Shown: positions 52,312-63,440 of the stretch, one piece after another
Position numbering within the stretch: position 1 is the stretch's first letter
Layout of the letters: every line of letters begins with the position of its first letter
Assembly: GCA_038087875.1 (NCBI GenBank)
Contig: CM075989.1
Span: forward strand, 12,030,001-12,094,000
Direction: 5' to 3'
Length of the DNA: 64,000 nucleotides
DNA from: Malacoraja senta
Lineage: Eukaryota
Program-made: the position numbers and the translations under genes
The notes under the pieces: generated by a model
The model's input: the letters and a program-made list of their open reading frames with translations, nothing else
Databases searched by the model: none
What the model was told of the DNA's origin: nothing

Positions 52312-52600
52312 GGTGGCACAGTGGTGCAGCATAGAGAGCTGCTGCCTCACAGCTCCAGCGACCCATATTTGATCCTGACCTAGGATACTGTCTGCGCGAA
52401 TACTGATCGGGTTTCTTCTGGGTGCTCTAGATTCTTCCACATCGCAAAGTCGTGTGTATTGGTAGATTAACTGGCCGCTGTAAATTGTACCTGTTGGGTG
52501 AGTGGAAGAACAGGAGGAGTTGATGAGAATGTGAGGAAATTAAAAAGGTAGGATAGCGTTAGTGTGTGCTTTCACTAGTCAACACGATCAACATGGGCTA
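52312..52600 (+). mobile_element. V-SINE, degenerate
   Basis: Head GGTGGCACAGTGGTGCAGCATAGAGAGCTGCTGCCTCACAGC...TTTGATCCTGACC. Confidence 0.75.
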
Positions 52601-54257
52601 TATGATTTTATTACTAATCACAGAGATTTGCGAAGGCTGCTTGTGAGAACTTGCTGTGATTAAATTGGCTGCTACACATGTAATCAGCCATAACAACCAA
52701 AGATCCTTGATAACAACTCTTCAAAAATAGTTCATCAGTTGAAGTGTGAATTGGGATGTCCTGGGTTGTGCAGGGTGGTAGAAATGCGTGCCTCTTGACA
52801 GAAAAGTAGAGATTGCGCAGTATCCACCAGTCCCAGCACTGAGTCAACGTTCAGGCAAGGCCATGGGCTCTTTGTTCAGTTTAATCCAAACTAGTTATTT
52901 ATCTCCCTTTGATTGATTCCTTCCAGTGCTCAGCCATGGGGGGGTATACCTCTGCCACAGACTGGTGCCACTTTCAATCTCACATCTGTAACCCTTGGAG
53001 CTTTTTATTTTCTTGCTGTTTTTATTTTCTTGCTGTTGAAGAATGAGTCATTGCAGCAAGTCAGTCATTGCTCAATTCTATCAGAGACTGCCTGAGTGCA
53101 GAGAATACAATGTGGGCACTATTTATAGCCACAGTCTAAAATAAATAATTTCACCAGTGCCTCCAACACTCACATGGTTAGCTTTGTAAAGACCAGTAGA
53201 GTCAATAATCATTTATTAAAGATATTTATCTTTCATCTTATTATCCTTTTATTTTAAAGCAAAAGGCTGAAAGATGTTGCATTCATTGCCTCATTCTCTG
53301 GAGCCAATAAAGTTATTTCTGAAAAATAGTCACTGCTACATTGCAGGAAATGTAGCAGACAATTTGCACACAGCAAGCTACCATAATAAACAATGACATA
53401 CATAATCTGTTTTTGGTACTACTTGAGGATTAAATATTGGCCTCAGATATCCTGCTTTGAGCAGTCAGGTATGGTAGTATTTTCTAGGATGCAGTTTGCA
53501 TTGTTCCCAAAGCAACATGCTGGTAATCTCAGTGCCTTTGCCCCAGCACCTTCTCTTGTGTTGTGGCGAAATCACACAAAAAATGTTTCATCTTGAATCT
53601 CAGCCTATCATTAAAATGAACAATTCAACAGCTAACAATTATGTCTCCATAAGACACAATATTTTTATTAGCTCTGCTTTAAGTTGCACAGATCTAATAC
53701 ATTGTCCCATGCTACTCATTGTTTAGTTTCTGATGTTTACACACAGTATGTCTAGTAATCACATGCTCCTGCTCGGAGGCGAGAAGTGGAAGGTGCAGTG
53801 TTAAACCTACACCCATTCCTGGAAATATCAGGCACATCTCTTTTGTTGGTAGGAGGACCTTGATGCGGTATTTCAGAGGAGACCTGCTGTGTAGGATAAC
53901 TCCCCACCTGGATCCAAGTTGGGAATTGGAATGGTGAAGCTGGTTGGATACAACAGGCTGAATGACATTGTGTGTTGTGATTTTATGAAGAATAGATGAA
54001 GAAGAAATGAACAGGATGTTGCGCTAATTTGATTAGAAGGAGAGGGATAGGAGGAAGCTTGTGTGGGAGATAGACAACAATATGGATCTGTTGTGCTGAA
54101 TGGTTTGATTCTGTGCTGTACACCCAATATAATTCTGTGAGGCGTTTAGGGCACATGACCCAGATACAATATCACATTGCCTGACAGAATTTTCAGCTCT
54201 ATCACCAAAGCCTTTCCTCATAACTTCATTGTATCAAACCATATGGTTAATAGTGAG

Positions 54258-54386
54258 TCTGAAGAAGGGTTTCGACCTGAAATGTTGCTTATTTCCTTCG
54301 CTCCATAGATGCTGCCTCACCCCCTGAGTTTCTCCAACATTTTTGTCTACCTTCGATTTTCCAGCATCTGCAGTTCCTTCTTAAAC
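54258..54386 (+). mobile_element. Solo Penelope pLTR unit (129 bp) with perfect 15 bp TSD
   Basis: TSD ATGGTTAATAGTGAG at 54243-54257 and 54387-54401. The insert starts at TCTGAAGAAGGG and ends with the CAGCATCTGCAGTTCCTTCTTAAAC tail. Confidence 0.9.
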
Positions 54387-55171
54387 ATGGTTAATAGTGA
54401 GATTGCTAGGAAAAATTCAGACCTGCCCATTCCTGTATTTTAAAAAAAGTACCTGGTTGGAATTAGTTGCTCCTGAAACAGCTTTACTGCTTCCATGGGA
54501 TCTTGTTATGTCTAGGTAACCTGCTATAAAATGTACAAAGCAGGAGCAGACTACAAAATTCTTTTGCTTTCAATGATCCAAAGAAAATGACTCTTCTCCA
54601 TTATAATGTAGGATGATTTTAAATGGGTGGTTGATGGTAAGTGCAGAATTGGAGGGCCCAAGGGCCTATTTCAATACTGTATCGTTTTATGACGGTATCT
54701 CCTACCCCCACTCCACCCATGACAAAGACAGAAATATAGAATATACTGTGGAACTGACTCAGCTGCTATCGAGTTGTCTAACAATGGCCAATCCTCCGAC
54801 TATACCACTGACCTTTCTTTTTCTTCAGTAATATTTTTGTCAAATTTATATTTATTATTAATCCCTGCTGCTGAGCCCAGACAATCTGCACATCAATGAA
54901 AAAAGAACACTTAATTTCACTCTCATTCACGGCTATATCTGCCCCATTTTCAAACCTTACACTGTCATTGTGCCTTCACACGTTTACCTCTCCCCCTGCC
55001 TTCGGTTCGACTTTCTGTCTCACCATTCCACTATTTCATACCTTCTACTTCACGCATTGTTAACACGTGGATTTCTAACAAACAGCTTCTATTCTGTATT
55101 TTCTGGCCCCAACTAAATCCAGTGACCTGACTGATGTGTGAATGAGAGCAAACATTAGTCTATGAGAGCAG

Positions 55172-56655
55172 GTACACAAAAATGCTGGAGAAACCCAGCG
55201 GGTGCAGCAGCATCTATGGAGCGAAGAAAATAGGCAACGTTTCAGGCCGAAACCCTTCTTCAGACTGATAGGGGGTGGGGAGAAGAAAGGAAAAAAGGCG
55301 GAGGAGGAGCCCGAGAGCTGGGGGAGGGGAGGAGACAACCAGAGGGCTGATGAAGGGGAGGGGACAGCAAGGGCTAGCAGAATTGGGAGAATTCAATGTT
55401 CAAGCCCCCAGGATGTAGACTGCCCAAGCGGAATATGAGGTGCATTTCCTCCAATTTCCGGTGTTGCTCACTGTGGCCATGGAGGAGACCCAGGACAGAG
55501 AGGTCAGATACGGAATGGGAGGGGGAGTTGAAGTGCTGAGCCACCGGGAGGTCAGGTTGGTTATTGCGGACCGACCGGAGGTGTTCGGCGAAACGATCGC
55601 CAAGCCTCCGCTTGGTCTCACCGATGTAGATCAGCTGGCATCTAGAGCAGCGGATGCAATAGATGAGGTTGGAGGAGATGCAGGTGAACCCCTGTCGCAC
55701 CTGGAACGACTGCTTAGGTCCTTGAATGGAGTCGAGGGGGGAGGTGAAGGGACAAGTGTTGCATCTCTTGCGGTTGCAAGGGAAAGTACCCGGGGAGGGG
55801 GTGGTACGGGAGGGAAGGGAAGAATTGACAAGGGAGTTACGGAGGGAGCGGTCTTTGCGGAAGGCAGACATAGGGGGAGATGGGAAGATGTGGCGAGTGG
55901 TGGGGTCACGTTGGAGGTGGCGAAACTGACGGAGGATCACTTGTTGTATGTGACGGCTGGTGGGGTGAAAGGTGAGGACTAGGGGGACTCTGCCCTTGTT
56001 GTGAGTGGGGGGATGGGGAGAGAGAGCAGTGTTGCGGGGTATGGCAGAGACCCTGGTGCGAGCCTCATCTATGGTGGAGGAGGGGAACCCCCGTTCCCTG
56101 AAGAATGAGGACATTTCGGATGCCCTGGTGTGGAACGCCTCATCCTGGGAGCAGATGCGGCGTAGATGGAGGAATTGGGAGTGCGGGATGGAGTCCTTAC
56201 AGGAAGCAGGGTGGGAAGAAGTGTAGTCCAGATAGCCATGGGAGTCGGTAGGTTTGTAGTGGATGTCGGTAAGAAGTCTATCACCTGCGATGGAGATAGT
56301 GAGGTCAAGGAATGGTAGGGAAGTGTCGGAAATGGTCCAGGTGTATTTGAGTGCCGGATGGAAGTTGGTGGTGAAGCGGATGAAGTCAGTCAGTTGTGTG
56401 TGGGTGCAGGATGTGGCACCAAAACAGTCATCGATGTAGCGGAGGTAGAGGTCGGGGATGGGGCCCTGGTACGCATTGAAAAAGGATTGTTCTACGTACC
56501 CGACAAAGAGGCAGGCGTAGCTGGGGTCCATGCGTGTGCCCATAGCTACGCCTTGTATTTGGAGGAAATGGGAGGAGTCAAATGAGAAGTTATTGAGGGT
56601 AAGGACCAGCTCCGCTAGGCGGAGGAGGGTGTCAGTGGCCGGGTATAGGTTGCTA
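55172..56655 (-). mobile_element. Young Penelope-like (Neptune-type) retroelement, 5'-truncated, 16 bp TSD
   Basis: TSD TAGTCTATGAGAGCAG at 55156-55171 and 56656-56671. Uninterrupted ORF followed by a pLTR. Confidence 0.97.
55374..56654 (-). CDS. Penelope RT (C-terminal part) + Cys linker + GIY-YIG endonuclease, open to the truncation point
   Basis: LNNFSF..QIQGVAMGTRMDPSYACLFVG, YLRYIDDCF, LPFLDL, PCNRKRCNTC and LIYCIRC..IYIGETKRRLGDRFAEH. No stop over about 426 codons, but the N-terminus is missing, so this copy is probably not functional. Confidence 0.9.
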   Translation of the reverse strand, partial: SNLYPATDTLLRLAELVLTLNNFSFDSSHFLQIQGVAMGTRMDPSYACLFVGYVEQSFFNAYQGPIPDLYLRYIDDCFGATSCTHTQLTDFIRFTTNFHPALKYTWTISDTSLPFLDLTISIAGDRLLTDIHYKPTDSHGYLDYTSSHPASCKDSIPHSQFLHLRRICSQDEAFHTRASEMSSFFRERGFPSSTIDEARTRVSAIPRNTALSPHPPTHNKGRVPLVLTFHPTSRHIQQVILRQFRHLQRDPTTRHIFPSPPMSAFRKDRSLRNSLVNSSLPSRTTPSPGTFPCNRKRCNTCPFTSPLDSIQGPKQSFQVRQGFTCISSNLIYCIRCSRCQLIYIGETKRRLGDRFAEHLRSVRNNQPDLPVAQHFNSPSHSVSDLSVLGLLHGHSEQHRKLEEMHLIFRLGSLHPGGLNIEFSQFC

Positions 56656-58004
56656 TAGTCTATGAGAGCAGTTGGAAACCATTCATTACCTGATTGTGAA
56701 GAACTATATCACATGCTGTGACTACTACTGCCAAGCAAGTCATGGACAGCAAGCAGATATAGAAGATTGCAGAAGCTGGAATCTTGAGCAAAAAAAAAAA
56801 CTGCTGGAGGAACTAAAACTGGGCAAAATAGCGGGTATGATTTCTGCTGTCCTTTAAATTATACCATGGAAAACCATGGTGTGTGCCTGGATCTGGACAA
56901 CATTACCACAGGTAATAGTTGGGCTGTGGTAGATAATTAGATAAACTCATTGAAGAATGCTGATGGGCTTAGGGTGGTCCAATGGCAGGAGTGAACATCA
57001 ACATGGCTGCTTTGCAGTAATTTGTCTTAAAGTGCTGAACAGAGAAATGAGATGAGTATGCAGCTCCCATACTTCTTGTTCGTTGGATTATTGCCTCCAT
57101 TAAAGGGAATCAACATTCAGTTCCACTGAGAGACAGAAAACACTGCAAATGTTGGAATCGGCAGCAAAAATCAAACTACTGTGGAAACAACGACCTGTCT
57201 TGCCTTGGCCACTTCCACTGCCAGGTCAAGGCCAAATGCAACTGGAAGAAAGTACCTCATATTTTGCCTGGCTGTCTACAACTCAACAGGTCTCCATCCA
57301 ATGTTGTCGGTCCATTTCCTCATTGTCGGTCCCTCCACAGATGTTGCCTGACCCAGTGAATTTGTCAAGCAGTTTGTTTTCTACCATAGGGATTTGGCCA
57401 CGCATCTGGAGGTCCACGCTGGTCTCCAATCATTAAATCCTTCCAAGACCCCATAAAACCCAAATCAGAAGTTAATGAGATTAATGCAACTGTGGTAAAT
57501 GTTACTCCGATTTATTGCTAATTACTTTTTCATTATATATAATAGTTCAGTTGTTGGCTGAAGACTTGTGTCACAGTGCAGCATCCAGCTTCACCAATCT
57601 CGAACAATCTTTTAGAAAGGTTGAACAACATGTCAAATCCAGCTGTAAATTAATGGAGAAAACCTGCAACTTCACAGACTTATTGTAAGATTAATTCTGA
57701 AAGAGATAAAATCCCACAGAAAGCATTTTGATGTGAAGCTGAGCTCAGTAAGCTGGCTTTCAAAACAGAACAGTTCTCTGGAAGCAGTTTGAAGCTGGTG
57801 AGCTGTCAGCTCAAAACCACTCTGACGTAGAATGCAGTCAGATTTGTTTATAATCTGCCCCCAGCGCTTTGATCAAATGGAAACCCAATGAAACTGATTT
57901 CTTCCACCCTTTCAACATTGACCCCAAGGTTTAGCCTCAAAATCTCTTGGAATGGTTGCATGGAAGAAGAGTGGCAATAGGTGTGAGATATAAGTGGGTA
58001 TCTC

Positions 58005-58149
58005 CAGTGGCGGACTGGCCTGGGTGTCAGCTTGCCCGATGGCAAGTGGGCCCCTGATGAAGTGGGCCCCCTATATCAAGTGGGCCCCTGATGAAGTGGG
58101 CCCCCTTTGTCTCCTGGCTACCAATATTTTTAGACCCAATCCGCCACTG
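58005..58149. mobile_element. hAT-type MITE, 145 bp
   Basis: TIRs CAGTGGCGGACTGG / CCAATCCGCCACTG. Perfect 8 bp TSD GGTATCTC (57997-58004, 58150-58157). Four AAGTGGGCCCC motifs inside. Confidence 0.93.
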
Positions 58150-58614
58150 GGTATCTCTGCTACTTTTGCTCTTTGACCTTCTGTCACCCTCACATAGAAC
58201 CTTTACTAATTGCACTTGCTACAGAGTGGTCTCCCTGCTATCTACCACAAGGAAGGTCAACGCAAGGATCTTCCTCAACTCCTGGTGTCCAAAGAACTAC
58301 TCCCAGTGTAGATTATGTGCAACAATAGAGAGAAATGAAGCTCCAACCACATACGTGGCCTTTTTTGACCTATTACTTTGATTCTGTTTATTAGGTGGAA
58401 CTGTGGAGAACCTTTTTCAGATTCAGCCACTCTCAAAAATCTGGGTCACAAAAATCTAATGATGATGATTGATCAAGCCATGATCCTATTCCATGTGAAG
58501 ATCGGTGACAAGCAAGGGAACATCATAACTTTGATTTGTTTTCAATCTTTTTCTTTGCAATGCTGCACCTCACCTACACCAAGCTTCTCACAGGAATGGA
58601 ATTAATCTATGACT

Positions 58615-58915
58615 AAGGATTCTAATACTAGAAGGCATAGGCTTAAAGTGAGAGGGGGGAGGATTTAAGAGCAACCTCAGATGACCTTAATTCAAAGGAT
58701 AGGCCATATCTAAAATAAGCTGCCAGAGGTAACTAGAGAAATGATACAATTACGACTTTCAAAAGATATTTAGGCAGGTATATGGATAGGAAGGGATTAG
58801 GATATGGGCCAAATACAGGCAAATAGGACTAACCCAGAATGCCAATTTGGTTGGCATAAACAAGGTGGGCCAAAGGACTTGTTTTCATGCTCTACATATT
58901 TCTATGATTCTATGA
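58615..58915 (+). mobile_element. CR1 3' end
   Basis: TRRHRLKVRG-like codons and a TTCTATGATTCTATGA tail. Confidence 0.7.
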
Positions 58916-59374
58916 TGAATAGGAAACAGTCTATCATACAGCACTTACACTCGAGAACCACGACCACTCCTACCTGAGTGTTTGCGCAACCTTATGCAGA
59001 CAGCACTTGCGCGTAGCGGCCAAGCTCCAAGTCATTGCCAACTTGTTCACTGAAATAGATCAGCAGAGTGCATCCAAAATCCATGAAACAAACATCCCTG
59101 ACCAACCTGCCCAGCAGTAGAACAGTTCGTTCCAATATAAAGATTCACAGCGGGCTCCTTGAACACATGACCACCTCCTTAGTCTTGGCAAGTGTCAACA
59201 GTTACATTTATTACCACCTTTCATGTACCAACACAATCTTTGGCCACTCGAGGAAAAAGGTGCTGGAAGTTTGAGACTTCAAACCCAACATAAAGCCCCT
59301 GATCTACTAGGCAGCAGAGATCTCCCCTATGTATTTCTGATGTGGAGGCTATGGAGAGGGTGGAATAGAGATTA

Positions 59375-60760
59375 ACAATCCCTGTTCCAGGCGTACACTG
59401 GCCCTATCCCCAAACTCTATCTCCATTACATCAGTGCTACCTCCTGCACCCATGCAGAACTCATGAATCATCAACTTCACCATCAATTTTAATCCTGCAC
59501 TCAAATTTACTTGGACCATCTCTGTCACCTCCCTCCCCTTTCTTGATCTCACAGTCTCCATCACAGGAAATAGACTATTGACTGACGTCTATTACAAACC
59601 CACTGACTCCCACAACTATCTCGACTACACTTCTTCCCACCCTGCTTCCTGCAAAGACTCTACCTACTCCGAATTCCTCCGTCTATGCCGCATCTGCACC
59701 CAAGATGAGGCGTTCCATACCAGGACATCTAAGATGTCCTCATTCAATAGGGAACGGGGGTTCCCCTCTCCCATCATAGATGAGGCCCTCACTCGTGTCT
59801 CCTCGGTACCCCGCAGCTCCACTCTTGCTCCCCCTCCCCCTAGTCGCAACAGAGACAGAGCCCCCTAGTCCTTACATTCCACCCCATCAGCCGTGGCATA
59901 CAAAACATAATACTCCGAAATTTCCACCACCTCCAACGGGATCCCACCACTAGCCACATTTTCTCATCTCCACTCATTTCCGCCTTCTGCAGAGACCGTT
60001 CCCTCCGCAACTCCCTGGTTAACTTATCCCTTCCCACCCAAACCACCCCCTCCCTAGGTACTTCCTCTACAACAGCAGAAGATGCAACAGCTGTCGCTAT
60101 ACCTCCTCCCTCGATTCTGTCCAGGGACCCCGACAGTCCTTTCAGGTTAGACAGAAGTTCACTTGCACCTCCTCCAACCTCATCTACTGTATCCGTTGTT
60201 CAAGATGTGGACACTTATACATCGGCGAGACCAAACGCAGACTGGGCGATCGTTTCGCGGAACACCTTCGCTCATCCCGCCTGAACCAACCTGATCTCCC
60301 GGTTGCTGTACACTTTAATTCTCCTTCCCATTCCTACAGACATTTCTGTCCTAGGTCTCCTCCATTGTTAGAGTGAGGCTAAATGCAAAATGGAGGAACA
60401 GCATCTCATATTACGCTTGGGCAGCTTACAGCCCAGTGGTATGAATATTGATTTCTCTCACTTCAGGTAGCCCCGGCATTCCCTCTCTCTCTATCCCTCC
60501 CCCAACCAAGTCGCACCAGCTTTTCATTTTCATCCTACAAACAGCTAACAATGTCCTGTTTCCTTTATCATCGTTACTTTTTTGCATATCTTTTATTCAT
60601 TGTTCTTTATCTCTCCACATCATTGTCTATATCTCTCATTTCCCTTATTCCTAACCAGTCTGAAGAAGGGTCTCGCCCCAAAACGTCACCCATTCCTTCT
60701 CTCCAGCGATGCTGCCTGTCCCGCTGAGTTACTCCAGCTTTTTGTGTCTATCTTCGGTTT
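59375..60760 (+). mobile_element. Penelope-like element, 5'-truncated and frameshifted
   Basis: TDVYYKPTDSHNYLDYTSSHPASCKDS...; GIY-YIG codons (LYIGETKRRLGDRFAEH) at about 60.2 kb; pLTR at 60657-60760. Confidence 0.9.
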
Positions 60761-61220
60761 CACCAGGACATTGCCTGGTTTAGAGAGTGTTAACCATAAG
60801 GAGAAGTTGGACAAACTTGGAATGTTTTGTCTGGAGCCTCAGAAGCTGAAGGGACACCTGATAAAAGTTTATAAAATTATGACAGGCAAAGATAAGGTGA
60901 ACCGTCAAGTGTTACTCCTAGGAGATTAGTGTCAAAGATCAGAGGGCATATCATTGACGTGAGAAGGTGTAAGTTTAAAGGAGACATACGAGGCAATTTT
61001 TTTTACACAGAGAATGGTGAGTGCCTGGAATGTGTTGCCAAGGGTGAAGATGGAAGCAGATATGATAGTGGTGTTTCAATGGCATTTAGACAGAAACATG
61101 AATGTACAAAGAATGGAGGGATATGGATCACATGCAGGCAGAAGGGATTAATTTAATTTGGCATCATTGTCAGCACAGAGATTGTGGGCTGAAGGGCCTG
61201 TTCCTCGGCTATACGGGACT
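60761..61220 (+). mobile_element. CR1 3' fragment
   Basis: FTRTLPGLE...LKGHLIKVYKIM and SKIRGH...KFKGDIRGNFF. Confidence 0.75.
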
Positions 61221-61404
61221 ATTCCACATTCTACGTGTCATGAAGCAAGCACCTCAAATGGTAAAGTCATTCAACACAGAAACCGACTGTTCAGCCATTC
61301 GATTCTGTGCAAACCATTAAGCACCCATTTACACTAATCCTATTTTATTCTCCCCACATTCCCTTGAGATTCCCAGATTCGATCACTCACAAGACAGAGA
61401 TGTA

Positions 61405-61800
61405 GGACCTCCTCGCATACCCTACGTAAAAATCCCGAAATAGACACTATTCCGTGGTCTGTCACGGGAAGGGATTACCAGGTGAACAGAAGAAAAAAAT
61501 TCAAGGATGTGCTGAAAGTGTCTTTGAAGAAAAACAAGAAACACAACATCTTCACTGACTCCTGAGAATCTCTGACTCATGACCTTTCAAAGTAGCAAAG
61601 GAGCCTTCAGGATGATATTGTAAAACTCGAGTCCATGCATCAGAAGCACAAAGAATACCAGTATTAACAGTGGAAGCATCTCCTATCTCATTTGTGGAAG
61701 AGTCTGTGTTCCGCACTAGCCTCATTAGCCACTTCAGAACCTACCAAACAGCATGGACGTAAGTCACACTCGGTCTCAAGGGACTGCCTAAGAAGTGATG
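61405..61800 (+). mobile_element. RTE-clade LINE 3' fragment
   Basis: Residual CHGKGLPGEQKKKFKDVLKVSLKK...ESLTHD, typical of an RTE C-terminus. Confidence 0.65.
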
Positions 61801-62789
61801 GGTAGTGTGCGAGGTGAGCTGTGTGTCACAGGAGTGGTGTGCAAGGGGAATAATACAAGGAGAGGTACCACCATTCATAGGTACTGGTAGTGTGCAAGCA
61901 CGGTTGTGGAACCAAAGCAGTATAAAGGGAATATGTAAGTCTCCACGCTGTAAAATGTCAGTAGAGCTTTATTAAAGGAGATGGCAATGAACAAATATGC
62001 ATTGAAGACACATTAGAGTGCAGTAGCAATCTCCTAGGATACCTCGGCAGCTCACTCTGATCACAGATCGTAATGTCGGTAAAAATAAAACAAAAGGACA
62101 ATGTGAGCCCCTGTGCAAGTGGAGGCGATGTTAATAAGATCAAAGTGGAAAAATGAATTTAGATAATCCAATAATCCCTGATGTACTGTACACTCCCATG
62201 AGTGTGTACACATGCACATGCATACAGAAATATACACTCAACCAATGGATCAAACCTCTGAGTCCTACCACGTCTAGTCGGGAATGGTAGTGGACAATTA
62301 AACAGCTAACCCAGGAGACCCTAGACACATCCCCATCCTCCACAATGGCAGGGACATGCATCTGACTGCTAAATTTAAAAATTGAAGCATTCACAACTAA
62401 TGTTCAGCAGAAATAAGCGAGTTCGGTATTTAAACTGCGCATGCCCAGGTCATAGGTCACTCGAGATAAACATTCGCGGCACCAGAGCTGCTGCGTTTCA
62501 TCCGTAGTCAGGATCGAACCCGGGTCTCCAGCGCTGCAAGCACTGTTGAATTGCCACTGGAGTTAGCGACACTTCTCCCTTCTCCACTGGTCCATGCAGA
62601 AATCTCAGCAGTGAAAATCTAATGTGCATAAACTGCATGTGAAAACAACATGTGTGAGAGGGCCAATTTCTCGGCATTAATATCGGAGTTTGGGCGTGGG
62701 TCCAGCATCAGGAACGAGCCCGGAGATGAAGTCGGGGCCTGGACTGGATCCCAGGCTGCGGCCGAGCTGAGGGCTGGAGTCGTGGCCAA

Positions 62790-63031
62790 ACCCGGGGCCT
62801 GGTCAAGGTGTACCAGCGCCTTGGGTGCCACCCGGTCGCTGCCATCCTGCAGCACAGCCTCTGCTTCCTGCTCTGGCTCAGCCACCGGCCACCCTCACCC
62901 TGCCACTGGCACAGCGAGCCCGGCTCCGTCGAGACCCAGGTCCACGAGTGCTTCGGCCGCCTACAGCCAGGGCCAGGCCGAGTACGAGAACCAGGCCGTG
63001 TTCAAGGCCCTGGCGCTGCTCTACTACATGG
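62790..63031 (+). pseudogene. Exon-like coding fragment of an unidentified gene, one apparent frameshift
   Basis: GC3-rich frame RGLVKVYQRLGCHPVAAILQHSLCFLLWLS...ETQVHECF switches at about 62955 to GC3-rich AAYSQGQAEYENQAVFKALALLYYM. Ends at the donor ATGG|GTAGGT (GT at 63032). Confidence 0.6.
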
Positions 63032-63039
63032 GTAGGTGC

Positions 63040-63440
63040 TGGGGCAGGGAATGGGAGGAGGATGAGGGAAATGGGGAGGAGGGAGATGGGATGGGTAGAG
63101 GGAGATGGGTGGGGGGGAGGGTTGGGGGGCCTCGCTGTCTACCCACTGGCGAGGGATAACGCACCGCGCCGTTATACAGCAGGGGGGGGAGAGGAGAGAA
63201 GGGATGAGGGAGGGAGGGGGAGAGAGGGATGAGAGAGGGAGGGGGGAGAGAGGGATGAGGGAGGGAGAGATGAGGGAGGGAGAGGGGAGAGAGGGATGAG
63301 GGAGGGGGGAAAGAGAGGGAGTGGGGTAGAGGGGAGCTGGAGTCCAGGGGGGTAGCGAGGAGGGTAGAAGGGGTCTGGGGAGATGGGCAAGGTGGGATAG
63401 AGGGGGGGGAGTAGAGGGAGAGGGGGACAGGGAGGGTGGA
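63040..63440. repeat. Polypurine (GA-rich) low-complexity tract
   Basis: GAGAGGGATGAGGGAGGG-type units. Confidence 0.85.

Noticed and set aside
58053..58100. CTGATGA motifs as hammerhead ribozyme cores
   Set aside because: No stem II followed by GAAA. They are part of the MITE internal repeat.
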